Below are positions 13,851-25,682 of a stretch of DNA of 64,000 bases, piece by piece. Source of the stretch: Amoebidium appalachense. Its lineage: Eukaryota; Protista; Ichthyosporea. The translations under genes were made by a program, and so were the position numbers. Positions within the stretch are counted from its first letter, which is position 1; each line of letters begins with the position of its first letter. Under the pieces are notes generated by a model that saw nothing but the letters and a program-made list of their open reading frames with translations, searched no databases and was not told the DNA's origin. The stretch is taken from assembly GCA_963693365.1 (NCBI GenBank), contig CAVNZM010000003.1, forward strand, positions 903,506 to 967,505. The letters are read 5' to 3'.

Positions 13851-16446
13851 CTCCCCCCCCTTGTCGGGAGCCTGGTGGTGTCGTTAGACAAGCAAACCAC
13901 CAGGCTGAGAGGCGATAAACAACCTTCAGCGAGAATTCTTGTGTGTGCCGAGCTGCTGGACAGAACAGAGCAAGGACGGTGGAATAGAGTTGTGCACGTC
14001 TATGAGCACTTCTTCATTTGCCAAAACGTAAATTCATGCAGCATTCTTCTGTGATTTCATTTTCGTGGCGAAGATTGTTGCAGAGTGTGCGTGCGAATAA
14101 TTCGCTAAGCCTTCGTCTCTGTGCTTGGCTTTTCTGTAGAAGTAGTATTTTCCTTTTTGGGAATTTTTCCTTTTTAGGATACTCCCGCAGATTCGTTTTC
14201 AATTGCGAGTAATTTGGTTGTGTGGATGAATGATCATACCAAACATTCGATAATGAATATAACTCGAGCCTTAGGTCACTTCGTAGCTCAGGTAGTGGTG
14301 GATAGCTTCAAGGCTTAGCCACTGCTCCTTATCCCGGTTCTACCATAAGACTGTAAGGCGAGTCACCATGGCCGGAAAAGCCGCTTCTTTCATGAACAAA
14401 TAGCACTTCTTTCCTTTCAGCTTTAACTCTGCATCATCGGAGCTGGGAAAAACATGAATAAAAATGCCCAAGTGTTCTTCGTTGGGCGACATAAAGAAAT
14501 ATATCACCCGTCAGAACCAGTAAAAGCCCGGTTCATAATTCATAAGAAGAGGGTAGGCAAAGCAAGCCTCCTTCAGAAAACACATGCTTCCATTCGTGAG
14601 CAGTTTTCGTATCCCATTTGCCAGCCATTTTCGTTGAGCAGGGGGATTCCAGGCATAATACATTCTTCTGGAGGCTTGGCCTAAAAAGAAAAGTCGTCGG
14701 AGTCGCCCTTTCTTTTGTAAGCAACTTTGTGAGCGCGCTTCGTGTTTTCATATCCTCCAGTGCAGGTCTGGATGGTGCCCCATCCTCTGCTTCATTTGTA
14801 GGTGGCCCTACTGTAGGTTCTGTTCGTTGTGTGGAATACCAAAACCATTCGTATTCGTGGAACTGCTTTGTGCTGTGCTTTCTTTCGTGTTGGTGTTCAT
14901 GAAGTTACCCCGTTCACACACCCTACTTCTTACATACATTAGATGTAAGTAGCTGCCTGGTGAGTGTGTGGTTCGTGTTCGTGGCATTCTTCTGTTCCTT
15001 CGTGAGAAGAATATTCGTTTTAGCAGAGGTGCCCAATAAGGCAGCTTGTGGGGTTGTCTCCCGCATGTGCCCATTGGTGGGGTATTCACGTGCTAAATTG
15101 TTACAGTGTCATCATATTGCAAGGGAATAACATGGTCACCTCCGTACCAGGGCCTAGTAGGTACACATGATGGTCCGATGTGTTAGTCAACAACACCTTG
15201 CATTCGTATTCGTATTTGTCTTCCACGTCACTTTCTTCAGTAGTGAAGGAGGGTATTCGTAATTCGAAACTGAAAGGCTTCCAGCCAAAATACTGACACT
15301 GTATGATGGGGTTGTGAGGGAGCGGTGCCCATACCACATTCTTTTGTTCTGGTGGGGGTGTGCCGGCAGCTAGTGCAAGGCTTGACAGTGTAATTGGTAT
15401 GTTACACCGTATTGCCACAGACGGGCAATCACCTTAAAATTCGTACCCAACACCTTCTTTGTTTTTCACATGCATGAACAAAAGTTCTGCATCGACTTTA
15501 TTACATGCCTTTTGTGCACCAAGAGTGCAAATTCGTTAGGGCGTGGCACCAGGAAGGGCCGCCATACATGAGTCAGGCATATGTTCGTAATGTGTTTAGG
15601 CATGCCAGCATACATTCATGCGCATGTTGTGCATCCTGGGCGCTAAACTATGGGGCATGCTGTATTCGAGAACAGCAAGGGATTCGAAGCATGCATGCAA
15701 CACTACTTTCATAAGATCTTAGGTCCTACATGCTATAGCAACAGCGACTATCTTCTTCGTTAAGTGCATTTGTGCTGAAAGTGGCCGTGCATCTGGCTTG
15801 CGAGTGTGGACGTGCATGCGGTGGCATGGACACGATGGCAGTGTGTAATAGGGCAATGCACGCAAGGGCAACGGTTTTATTTTCTTCCTAACATAGAGGG
15901 GGCTGTGTGCATTGCAACCCAAGCAGTGTTGTGCATTCGTCCTTTCATTTTCGTATTTCCAGTTCATTTTGCTTTCGTTTTTCGTTTTTTGTCGTTTGAT
16001 AACTTCGTTACTTCGTTTTGTTTTCGTGTTGCATTCATTTCGTATTTCCTCTATGCAATCGTTTGTCGTTAATTCTTTATTTCATTGCGTATTCGTGATG
16101 GTTCGTTTTTCGTTGGTTCATTGCTTCGTTAGCAATTCTTTATTCGTTTGTTCGTGTATTCGTTGTTTCGTTGTGTATTCGTTTTTCTTCACATTTTTGA
16201 TGTGTCGTAGCAAAAGAAGTTTTACATGCTTTCAATTCTTTCCGTGTAGGTGGGCTGGCCACTTCAAACTTGTAGGTGTATATATTCTAAGCCGGACAAG
16301 GAAAGATGTGCCTATCATCGGGGTAAAAAGGATTGTGATCGGCCATGGGAGATTCTTGAGCTGATTGAAAGATGTGAGATTCTTGAACTGATTGAAAGAT
16401 GTGAGATTCGAAGGATGCGAGATTCTTGAACTGCCGCGGTCGCCAA

Positions 16447-16926
16447 TGTAAACAGTTGGACTAGTTAGGATAAGGCAGAGTACAACTGAATCAAAATAAA
16501 GACAGAGAACGGGTAGAAAGGCACACGCGGCCAGGTTGCTTTTACTATGGGCCGACTCAGTCTGTCTCAGACTTCACTGATGTGATCCCCGTACTGGGAC
16601 GGCTTTCTTATATAGCCCCCAGGTTTCGGATCAAGGCCCAGGATTGGTTCATCCGCGGCCAGCGCGGGTGGCAACATGCCATTCGTGATTCTGGTGCGGT
16701 CCGAGCCAGTCAGACCTTTGTCCTATTTATGCAAACCTCTTATTGGTTCACTTCGTTTATGTGGTATGCAGCTGAAGAACCATATATGGTTCAATTCTTA
16801 GGTCAGAGCGAGTCCTATTGGTGCGGACATAATATTTATGTGATATTCATGACAAAGCACGAATCGTGTGCTAGTAGATCACATTCTTTAGTAAACATGT
16901 ACAGTTCATGTGTACAGTTGTTTACA
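16447..16926 (-). repeat. 5' LTR (480 bp)
   Basis: Matches 13371-13850; adjacent to the PBS. Confidence 0.93.
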
Positions 16927-18191
16927 GATCACCTTATTCATGCTGCACAGTATGATATTGTGATACGGTGTCTTAACATTCTTTCGGAGCTACCAATGCT
17001 AGCCTCTGCTTACCCATAATATGTAATAGGGTTGTCATCTACTAAGATGGCGCTAAATGTTGCTTAGCATGTACATATGATATGTCTCTAGCTGCATTTG
17101 AATGGCTGCGCTGGAAAACGCAGCAGGCCGTCGAGTGAGGCTGGGCCCCCGACAATGTCCACAGCAATAAATAGTGTGTAAACCCCGCACTGTTTACACA
17201 ACTTCCAAAATGACGCCAAGATATAGGTGTAGATAGAGACTGCTGGCTCCATTTAACAAGAAGTTCAGTTAGTACTCTTCAATGTTATGACCCGGTGTAT
17301 GGACCTATGCCATGTGACCTGCACATTTCCTACCAGGCTACAACGACAGTCGTGCGGCGCGGCGATCGCCCCGTGCAAGGAGTTGGGGAATCGAAATCCA
17401 ATAGGATTAGATTGTTATTCCTATTGGTTACAGGTTTTATTGTTCACCGTATTACGTTATTCAATTATGTCGATGATTGGTGTGAATGATTGCTGTATTT
17501 CTATGAAAACTACTCCGGGACGTGTGTTGCCTCTAGGGGGACATCCCCTTGGACGAAAGTGAACCTGCAATGGTTGTAAACCACGGCAAGCCCCCAGTCA
17601 TCAATTTATTGATCCGTGAGGTCCTTGTGCCCAAAAAACGGGGGAAGTCTTCGCCCCGTGAAAAAACAGCACGTATGTGTGGATCAATGGGGGTTGAGTG
17701 TTGGGTGTAGGTGGGTGGGTGAAAAGAAAATATAGCTGTAAAGCTGTAGGTGCTAAACACAGAAGATGTGTCTGTTGCTTAAGCTTGCTGATCTGCTAAA
17801 AACTGTCGTGCTTATATACCTAAGGCTACCGATCTGAGCCAATCAAAATCGATCTAGTGTTATGTGAAATCTGATCCTGAGCCAATCAAACTCGGTCTAG
17901 TGATCTGTGGAATCTGATGTTTTGATCGGCTAATAGGTGCCTGTATGCGGGCAGCCGAACGCGAGCTGCTAAAACACGAAACGAAGCCTACATGGTTATG
18001 TTGATATCGGACACCCATCCTACGTGACTTACCCAGAAAAATATTTATGTCAATAAAACTCCACAAATAAAACATCTATGAAAACTACTCCGGGACGTGT
18101 GTTGCCTCTAGGGGGACATCCCCTTGGACGAAAGTGAACCTGCAATGGTTGTAAACCACGGCACGAGAGCAGTATGCTTGCTCCAAAGGTT

Positions 18192-19221
18192 TCACTTAAG
18201 AATAGAGGCGAATACACGTGTGGTAGTGTCAGCAATGGAGGCCGGGCGAAGTCGAGTATAGATCAGGAAACAGTCGGAGGACCATCTGCCGAGTTGTTTG
18301 ATCCGGGAGTCGTCGACTCCGGCCTCAGCGAGGGCTGTGGCCCCCCCTATTCGGAGGCTGTGGCCGGCAAACCGGGAGGGTGAGAGGCCTGCCCGGGAGA
18401 GGAGGGCACGGAAGTCGGCAGAGAAAGCACCCTTGCGGTGTAGGGAATGCCACCGAGACTGAACAGGGGGTCGTCGGGTTGACCGGACGTTGTATCCAGG
18501 AACTGCCGGAGGAGATGGGCTGGGGAGAAGTGGGTGAGGGGCAGGGCAGCTAGAGTGATGTTGACACCTCGGGCCTGTACATCCGTCTTGGAGGTTGGCA
18601 GGTGGAGGGTGGCATGGGACAAAGTACCGGTGGGGGTGTAGCTGAAGGTCACGTCCTTCCGTGTAACGTGACGGGACGGGTCGAAGGAAGTCAGGGTTTT
18701 GGAGGTAAATTCCCCTGAACGGAGGAGACCACAGAAACCGACGATGAGGGCCGTCCATAGCCGTAGGTTGGCCGAGGAGGCCTTGGTGGGGCACTGGCCA
18801 TGGAGTAGGCTGAGGTGGGAGGGCAGGAGGGGCTCCCTGGTGGATGATCGGGGTCGGATGTTGTGAGAAAGCTGCCATCTGCCCACCCCTCGGAGGAACC
18901 ACTGGCAGGCCAGAGACTTGTCGTGGGGGTAGGGAGCAGGGAGGCCCAGTCGAGGTGGAGTCTGGTGATGGCCGAAGAGCCGGCCAAGGAAGAGGCCGTA
19001 CCCTCGTGGGCACACCAGGCGAGAAAAAGCTGCACGGTGTGGGGGGAGGCCGGGAGGGAGGACCCGGCGGAGGAGCAGCCGAGAGCCACACAAAAATCGA
19101 TGAACACTTTTTGCACCCGGGAGTAAAAGGCCCGAGAGTCGAGGTTGAGACTCAGGGCCTGGCATTCCTGCAGGGTAGTGGTGGCACGAAGCAGCTCGGC
19201 CGGAGCAAAGTGGGGGGCCAA
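18192..19221 (-). pseudogene. Tyrosine recombinase of the Ngaro element, split over three frames
   Basis: Catalytic signatures GLLRSGE (R), SKTD (K), GHSLRIGGAT (HxxR) and LGRWSSDCFLIY (W, Y) distributed over ORFs 18691-19221, 18347-19723 and 18192-19091. Confidence 0.88.
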
Positions 19222-19264
19222 TCGGCCAGCGTTGCTCCGGAAGGGGGAGATCTGGGGGGGGGGG

Positions 19265-19302
<38 letters not shown>

Positions 19303-19568
19303 GAGCCCAGGGGAAGGGATAGGAACTTGTGGACCCAGAAGGGGAAGGGGCAGGGCTCCGGTTGCAGGTAAGGTCGGAGTCGTCGGGCCCGGGGAAGTTG
19401 GTTACGGAGGAGCTGCGCGGCGAATGATTGGTCTGGGTAGGGGGCCAGCAGCTCCCGGAGGCGGGAGGTGTCAACGTGGTGCTGGGGCAGCGGGCGGGCC
19501 TCCGGGGCTGAGCCTCGGGGGAAGGGGTGGTTAGCAAGGGTGGGGCACCCTCGGGGAGATCCCGGCAT

Positions 19569-19611
<43 letters not shown>

Positions 19612-19997
19612 CAGGGCCCCGGGGGGTTAGAGTAGGGCAGCTGGGCCCGAGGGAGGGTTTGCAGGGAGGGCAGCGGGGCCCTGTGCAGGGGATGCCCGAG
19701 CACGCGCGGGTGTGGGCGTACACAGAGTTAGAAGAAGGGGGGGGGAGGGAGTGCTAGGTGAGTGTAAGGGGGGGGAGGCTCGTGGGATGGGGGGGGGGAG
19801 TAAAATTATGTGCAGTGGCCAGAATAACGTCTTTGTGTAGGGACATTTATTCTTGGCGCGCGCGGGCGCCGTAGTTGGCCTGCGAAATTTTTTACTCAGC
19901 CCTAGTGCCCCGTTTTCCCGAGCTCCGTGTCCTTGGACCCGTGTATCCTAGCTCCTAGCCCCTATGTTCTATCTGTGGGTGTGGGTGTGCGCGTAGA

Positions 19998-20966
19998 CTA
20001 GGCAGTGTGCTTGCAGTCTTTGCGGGGGTGTGTGCCAGAGCAGAGCGGGCACACGTGGGAGAAGGGGCAGGGCTGCTTAGCGCAGGACCCGACCGTTGAT
20101 GTGGAAATTCCTGCAGTGTGCCACGTCGCGGGTAGATCCACGGGTCGGGCCGGTGGTGCCGGGCCGGGTTGCGGGCCGGGTCGGTTGGGGGTTTGTCCCC
20201 CGCCGGGCTTGTGGGGCGGCTCGAAACCATCAAGACCACAGCTGGGCTTGAGGTACATGGGGCAGGCCGCGCTGGGGTGGTCGGGGAAGCCGCAGCGCTG
20301 ACATGCGTCCGGGATGAGAAGAGTGGGTGGCAGGAGGAGATCCTGGTGGAGTTGGGCGAGCAGGTTGGGACACACGATCGGAGCCCGACCCTGTTGGTGG
20401 GCAACGGTTCGGGCGTATACGTCATAGTTGTGGATCTGGGCCCACGGGTATCGGGTGCTGAGGCGAGTGATGTGCTGAGTCCAAAGTACGTCTTTGTCCG
20501 TGGGGAGGCCGAGGTGGTGCTTGGCGGCCATGTAATGGGTCCAAGCTTGGATCCAAATGACGAGTGAACGCAGGGGAACGGGTTTGTCTTGGCGAAAAGT
20601 CTCGATGCTGCCGTCGTCGGCCATGCGCAGATGCTGACCTTTCTTGGATGGGGCCAGGAGGGCGGCGGGGGTGAACTTATACAGGTCGACGAAACGATTG
20701 GCGCGCAAATCTGCCAGCACATCCGCGGGGGGAAGCGGGAGTGTGCCCGGCTGAATGTCGCCAGTGGTCTCACCTGTAATGGGGGGCGCGGGCAGGGCAG
20801 GTAGGTCCAGGTCAGGGCCGAGATGCAGCCCCAGGGAAACCTCCCCGGGTGCGGAGGGCGCGGCGGGGGGCGCGGGAGGGTCGCGGTTGGTGAGAGCGGC
20901 CAGGACGCCAGCCACCTGGGTGCTGATGGCGGTGAGGGCGGCAAGGACGGCGTCTTGAGAAGTCAT
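19998..20966 (-). CDS. Gag-like ORF1 of the Ngaro element
   Basis: 322 aa. FVDL..F, W..AW..Y and W..I.NYD motifs; C-terminal Cys/His fingers (CQRCGFPDHPSAAC; CAKQPCPFSHVCPLCSGTHPRKDC) typical of DIRS/Ngaro ORF1. True start may lie further upstream. Confidence 0.8.
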   Translation of the reverse strand: MTSQDAVLAALTAISTQVAGVLAALTNRDPPAPPAAPSAPGEVSLGLHLGPDLDLPALPAPPITGETTGDIQPGTLPLPPADVLADLRANRFVDLYKFTPAALLAPSKKGQHLRMADDGSIETFRQDKPVPLRSLVIWIQAWTHYMAAKHHLGLPTDKDVLWTQHITRLSTRYPWAQIHNYDVYARTVAHQQGRAPIVCPNLLAQLHQDLLLPPTLLIPDACQRCGFPDHPSAACPMYLKPSCGLDGFEPPHKPGGGQTPNRPGPQPGPAPPARPVDLPATWHTAGISTSTVGSCAKQPCPFSHVCPLCSGTHPRKDCKHTA

Positions 20967-22009
20967 CGGCGGGGACGGTGGGGCCTGAGGAGGGACTTCA
21001 GGAGTAGAGGGGAGAGTAGCCGGAGGGTCCGTGGTGGTATGGGCCGCTGGAGGCGCGTCAGTGCCTGCGGGAGCGTTGGTCAGCCTGTGGCGGAGGTCGC
21101 TGCGGGTCAGGCGCTTAGGTGCCGCGGCAGGGGCGGCGGCTGAGGCCTGGCGCTTTTTCGGCGGCCTGCTGACCGGCGTAGGGAAAGATAGGGAGAAGGA
21201 AAAGAAAATATAGCTGTAAAGCTGTAGGTGCTAAACACAGAAGATGTGTCTGTTGCTTGCTGATCTGCTAAAAACTGTCGTGCTTATATACCTAAGGCTA
21301 CCGATCTGAGCCAATCAAAATCGATCTAGTGTTATGTGAAATCTGATCCTGAGCCAATCAAAATCGGTCTAGTGATCTGTGGAATCTGATGTTTTGATCG
21401 GCTAATAGGTGCCCGTATGCGGGCAGCCGAACGCGAGCTGCTAAAACACGAAACGAAGCCTACATGGTTATGTTGATATCGGACACCCATCCTACGTGTT
21501 TACCCAGAAAAATATTTATGTCAATAAAACTCCACAAATAAAACCTCTATTGGTGCTTGCTGTTGATGCTTTCCTGCCATGATTTTGTTGGGCCCGATCG
21601 ACTCAACTTGGCGAGGGTCGTGGAGTCCAGTTTAGGGGTAGGAGGAAGTGGTAATGGCTCCAGGACATACCCGCGTCCCATTGGGTGCAGGAGGGGGGTG
21701 CAAACCAACAAGCGGCAATACGTCTAACCTACGTAAGCCATTCCTATTGGCTGCTCTTATGCAACAGTGAATCTTCCTTGTTACCTGGAAAAGGCGACGA
21801 AGGATGATTGCACTGAAAAACTGTTGCCGTAGGCAAAACCATTCCTGTTGGTTCGTCCTGGCTGCCCGTGAAGCTTGACACATGGAAAATGATGTGAACA
21901 GCACTGGCAAGTGAGGAGATTTATTCGTGGGTGTAAACACTGCATACAAATAAAATTTTTAAACATAAAACTAAAACTTTAATTTAAAGCGCCACCACCG
22001 TGTGTGTGT

Positions 22010-22088
<79 letters not shown>

Positions 22089-22661
22089 ATGCACTATACC
22101 TAGCCAAGGGAACAGCAAATCCAACCACAATGGCCGGAGATGCCCCCTTATACCTATCTAGGGATGGGGAGGGTGGGAACGAAAAAACAGCACAAAGAAG
22201 TAGACTCTATTCAGTCATCGAAAGGAGGTTGTGCTGTTTAACATTTAGGACAGCCACCAAACCCCACTTTAACCAAACGACTAAACCCTCACCTCTCTCT
22301 GTCGAATTTTCCTCTATCATTAACGACGGCTTCAAGACAAAACTGAGTCAAAATCTGCGTGTGATCCGTTTATATACCTAACTTACTAGCCAATCGGAAA
22401 TCCCTAACCAAAACCAATCAAAACCAACTAACATTCTTTCTAACCAATCCCCTGCAAGCCCGAATTTTTTTTTATAATGACTTTATTGGGGGGGGGGGGG
22501 GGGGGGGAGGGAGATCGGAGTGGGAGAGGGAGAGAGAGGGAGGGAGAGGGAGAGGGAGAGGGAGGGAGAGGGAGGGAGAGGAAGAGGGAGAAGGAGAGGG
22601 AGAGGGAGGGAGAGAGAGGGAGAGGGATGGAGAGAGAGGGAGAGGGGAGGGGGGGGGGGGG

Positions 22662-22765
<104 letters not shown>

Positions 22766-23234
22766 TGTCGAGAGGGCGAGAGGGCAAGAGGGAGAGAGAG
22801 AGAGACGATCTCCCCCATTATTTCAAAACAGTTTTTGAAATATTTCAAGGTAATTGATCTTGACCTAATACATTTAAAAAAGTTGTTACAGTTACACTAG
22901 TTCAAAGTGCCGAGGCTTAACTTAATAATACAGACTTTGTGCAGAACAGAGCACCGCAAGTTGTCAAAAACTTAGAACACTGTATACGTATGCATATGCT
23001 GCAGCTGAAATTTACGCATTTGCTTTTATTCAAAAGTAATACATATTGATACTAGTATGATGTATCGATATCATATTTCACATCGAATCGTTTAGTACCA
23101 CGTAGTTGACCTATGCTCCAATCTATACTGTAAAAGTTGGTTTGTTGCAGCCAAGAATAAATGTGTATGCACGTGCCTACTTTCATGCTATGGTACAATG
23201 TTGGATTCTTCTCTGACTGCTACTTGTGTTTACA

Positions 23235-23501
23235 GCATTTCAGTGGTCCGCTCAGACGCAACGCCAACGGCAACAGCTGTACCCCTACCCTGGCGAGCAG
23301 CCGCCCATTGCCTTCTCACATGCAATTGCACAACCACAGCCAAATGCAGGCGGTTACTCCAATGCAACGGGGGTCAACGCGCCCGCACAAACCCTACCAT
23401 ATCCGGCCGGTTATTCCAACACGCCAGCACCCGCACAACCCCTGCCGTATCCGGCCGGCTACTCCAACGCGCCCGCACCCGTACAATCCCTACCATATTA
23501 G
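23235..23501 (+). CDS. Possible terminal exon of a host gene with 16-aa P/Y/A-rich repeats
   Basis: Acceptor-like TGTTTACAG, then an open frame with ~3 copies of APAQxLPYPAGYSN ending at TAG; the 48-bp repeat preserves frame. Confidence 0.4.
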   Translation, partial: AFQWSAQTQRQRQQLYPYPGEQPPIAFSHAIAQPQPNAGGYSNATGVNAPAQTLPYPAGYSNTPAPAQPLPYPAGYSNAPAPVQSLPY

Positions 23502-23658
23502 GGTGTAAGCAAAAAGGAAAGCAAGTGCAGTTATGGTGCACGTGTGTCTCACCTATAGCACCTTGTCTTTAACAAAAGTGAACAGAATTCAGCCAACCAT
23601 ACTATGACATACATACCCTTCAGGTCTGACCCGCACGGCACGCACGCACGCACACATG

Positions 23659-23816
<158 letters not shown>

Positions 23817-24458
23817 AAACAAACAAACAAAAAAAAACGCGTTGGTGAAGCAAAATCACATCCATTCACCTGCCCCCATCCCCCATCACCCCCACCCTCC
23901 CCCCCCCCCCCCCCCCCCCCCCCCCCAGAAAAGAAAAGAAAGAAAGAAAGAAAGAAAAGAAAAAAAAGAACACACCCAGTAAAATAAAGAAAAAGTAAAG
24001 AAAGAACTAACTAAAGAAATTACAGGGGGAAAAATACGCACACAAAAAACCCAAATCGTAATATTGTCCATGAAATTACCCCTTCCTTTCCCTTCCTCTA
24101 TTCATGTACATTGCAGTCTGCTCATGCGAACCCAAGTAAATGGTCCTATGTTTGCCTGCCAGGTCTCTTTCACGCACCAGTCTATGACAAAACTTTGGAT
24201 GCAACCCGGTGATTGGAGAGATAATGCTGGAAGAAAGTTTTCTGCACGCTCAATCGCACCATATACATCTTTAGGTAAACCCACCATTCACCGGGTTAAC
24301 TCTTACAAGTTACTTCTCAGATTATTGTTTAAAAATTTTGTTTTTACCACAGCCTTCGAAGTCCTCTGTAGTTTCTCCCGGCAACATTGTAGAATCCCGC
24401 CTTACCCCCCCCCCCCCCCCCCCCCTTCTCTGTAGTTTCTCCCGGCAACATTGTAGAA

Positions 24459-24501
<43 letters not shown>

Positions 24502-24697
24502 TTCCCCTCCCCACGTGCCCCACCCAAATTCCCCCCCTCCCCGACTCTCCCCGACCCCCTCTTTGAAACAGAAATTCCGCTCCCGTCTGCCGCATTTTTA
24601 GTCAGGCTCTACTCACCCCCACCCCCTTCCCCACGGCCCTGCCACAACCTCTCCGCAGGCTGTAGACCTAGGCAGCTGTACCCCTTTTTGTTTCTGA

Positions 24698-24741
<44 letters not shown>

Positions 24742-24898
24742 AAAAAAAAAAACCAAAAATAAAAAGAAAAAAGAAAAAAAGAAAAAAACAACCCTTTCTC
24801 CCTCGAGCTCCTCCCCTTCCCACTTTTCTCGTCCCAGGGCCAGTTGCCTTGATCATTGAGATAGCCCAACTACAATGAGGGGCGCAGCACCCCGTGAA

Positions 24899-25380
24899 TG
24901 GTGACGTCACAAGTGACGTCACATTCACACGGTCCCGCCCACCTCAGGATATGGGATATGTGGATATGAGATATGGCGATATCTGTGTACACATATCGCG
25001 ATATGGGATATGAGATGTGGGTGGATATATGTACAGGAGCACGTGCACACACTGTGTGTGTGTGTGTGTGTGTAAAACACGTGCAGAGCACGTGGTATCA
25101 ATTAAATGATTAAATAATTAAAGAGAGAGAGGGCGGAACACGTGTACGCGTACGTGCACGCGTACATGTGCTGCGCACTCATGTTCCTGACAAAGGAATG
25201 CGGGAAATCTGAAAGCCTTCGAATTCTATCCAATCGGAATTCGGATCCTGATTCTGGGGCCGATTCTATCCAATGAAAAAGCGCATCCAATGGGAAATTA
25301 GCATCTGGAGAGCCACTTGCCGGCCAGCTATCCAATAGCAACGTGTGTTCCAAATTCCATCCCAATTCTATCCAATAGGC
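24899..25380 (+). promoter_or_regulatory. Candidate viral terminal/early promoter region: tandem CRE-like GTGACGTCAC palindromes and five CCAAT boxes
   Basis: GTGACGTCAC twice at ~24901-24922; GATATG repeats at 24948-25030; (ATTCT)ATCCAAT five times in 25222-25378, upstream of polB. Confidence 0.5.
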
Positions 25381-25682
25381 TCACGGATCGGTTTTGAACA
25401 GGAATTCATACACACAAACAGCCGCCAGCGGCGGCTGACACACTTGCGCACACAGTGTGTGTTTTTTGCGTCGGTTTTGTGTTGTGTGGATCTGAGCCTT
25501 GCTTTTGCAACTGTGAAACTCGAGACTTATTTTGCATACTGTTTATTGACACCTCTTGTTGCCGGCACAGCCAGGCATTTAGATTGATGCTTGACTTGGT
25601 GATTTATGATTACAACTTGAGATCTAAGATTACCAGTCATCCTGTCAGGAAGCTTTCATAGAGGACCTGCTGCGGGCACTGG

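Larger units (their letters stand above)
13371..16926 (-). mobile_element. Non-autonomous LTR retrotransposon (probably Gypsy-derived) with 480-bp LTRs
   Basis: Near-identical LTRs at 13371-13850 and 16447-16926, both TGTAAACA...TGTTTACA. 4-bp TSD GATC (13367-13370, 16927-16930). Minus-strand PBS TGGCGACCGCGGCAG next to the right LTR and polypurine tract next to the left LTR. No RT/IN motifs seen internally. Confidence 0.92.
12180..17175 (+). mobile_element. 5'-truncated, degenerate non-LTR retrotransposon (LINE), split by the LTR element at 13371-16926
   Basis: RT C-terminal motifs IDDL..LFLADDIVL..VNVKKC..YKYLGV (12190-12450). Stop and frameshift near 12798, then a CxxC segment. Coding-like LDHLIHAAQYDIV resumes after the LTR element, followed by AATAAA at ~17166. 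Ends approximate. Confidence 0.75.
17500..21550 (-). mobile_element. Ngaro-type (DIRS order) tyrosine-recombinase retroelement with an internal RT/RNase H deletion
   Basis: Split direct repeats in minus-strand order A1(21199-21550)-ORFs-B1(18075-18163)-A2(17721-18079)-B2(17500-17588). Gag-like ORF and YR present. TCTAT core at both ends and at the B1/A2 junction. Confidence 0.9.

Noticed and set aside
13506-17019. Duplicated MIPVLGRLSY ORFs (13506 and 16582) as a gene pair
   Set aside because: Both are chance frames inside the two LTR copies.
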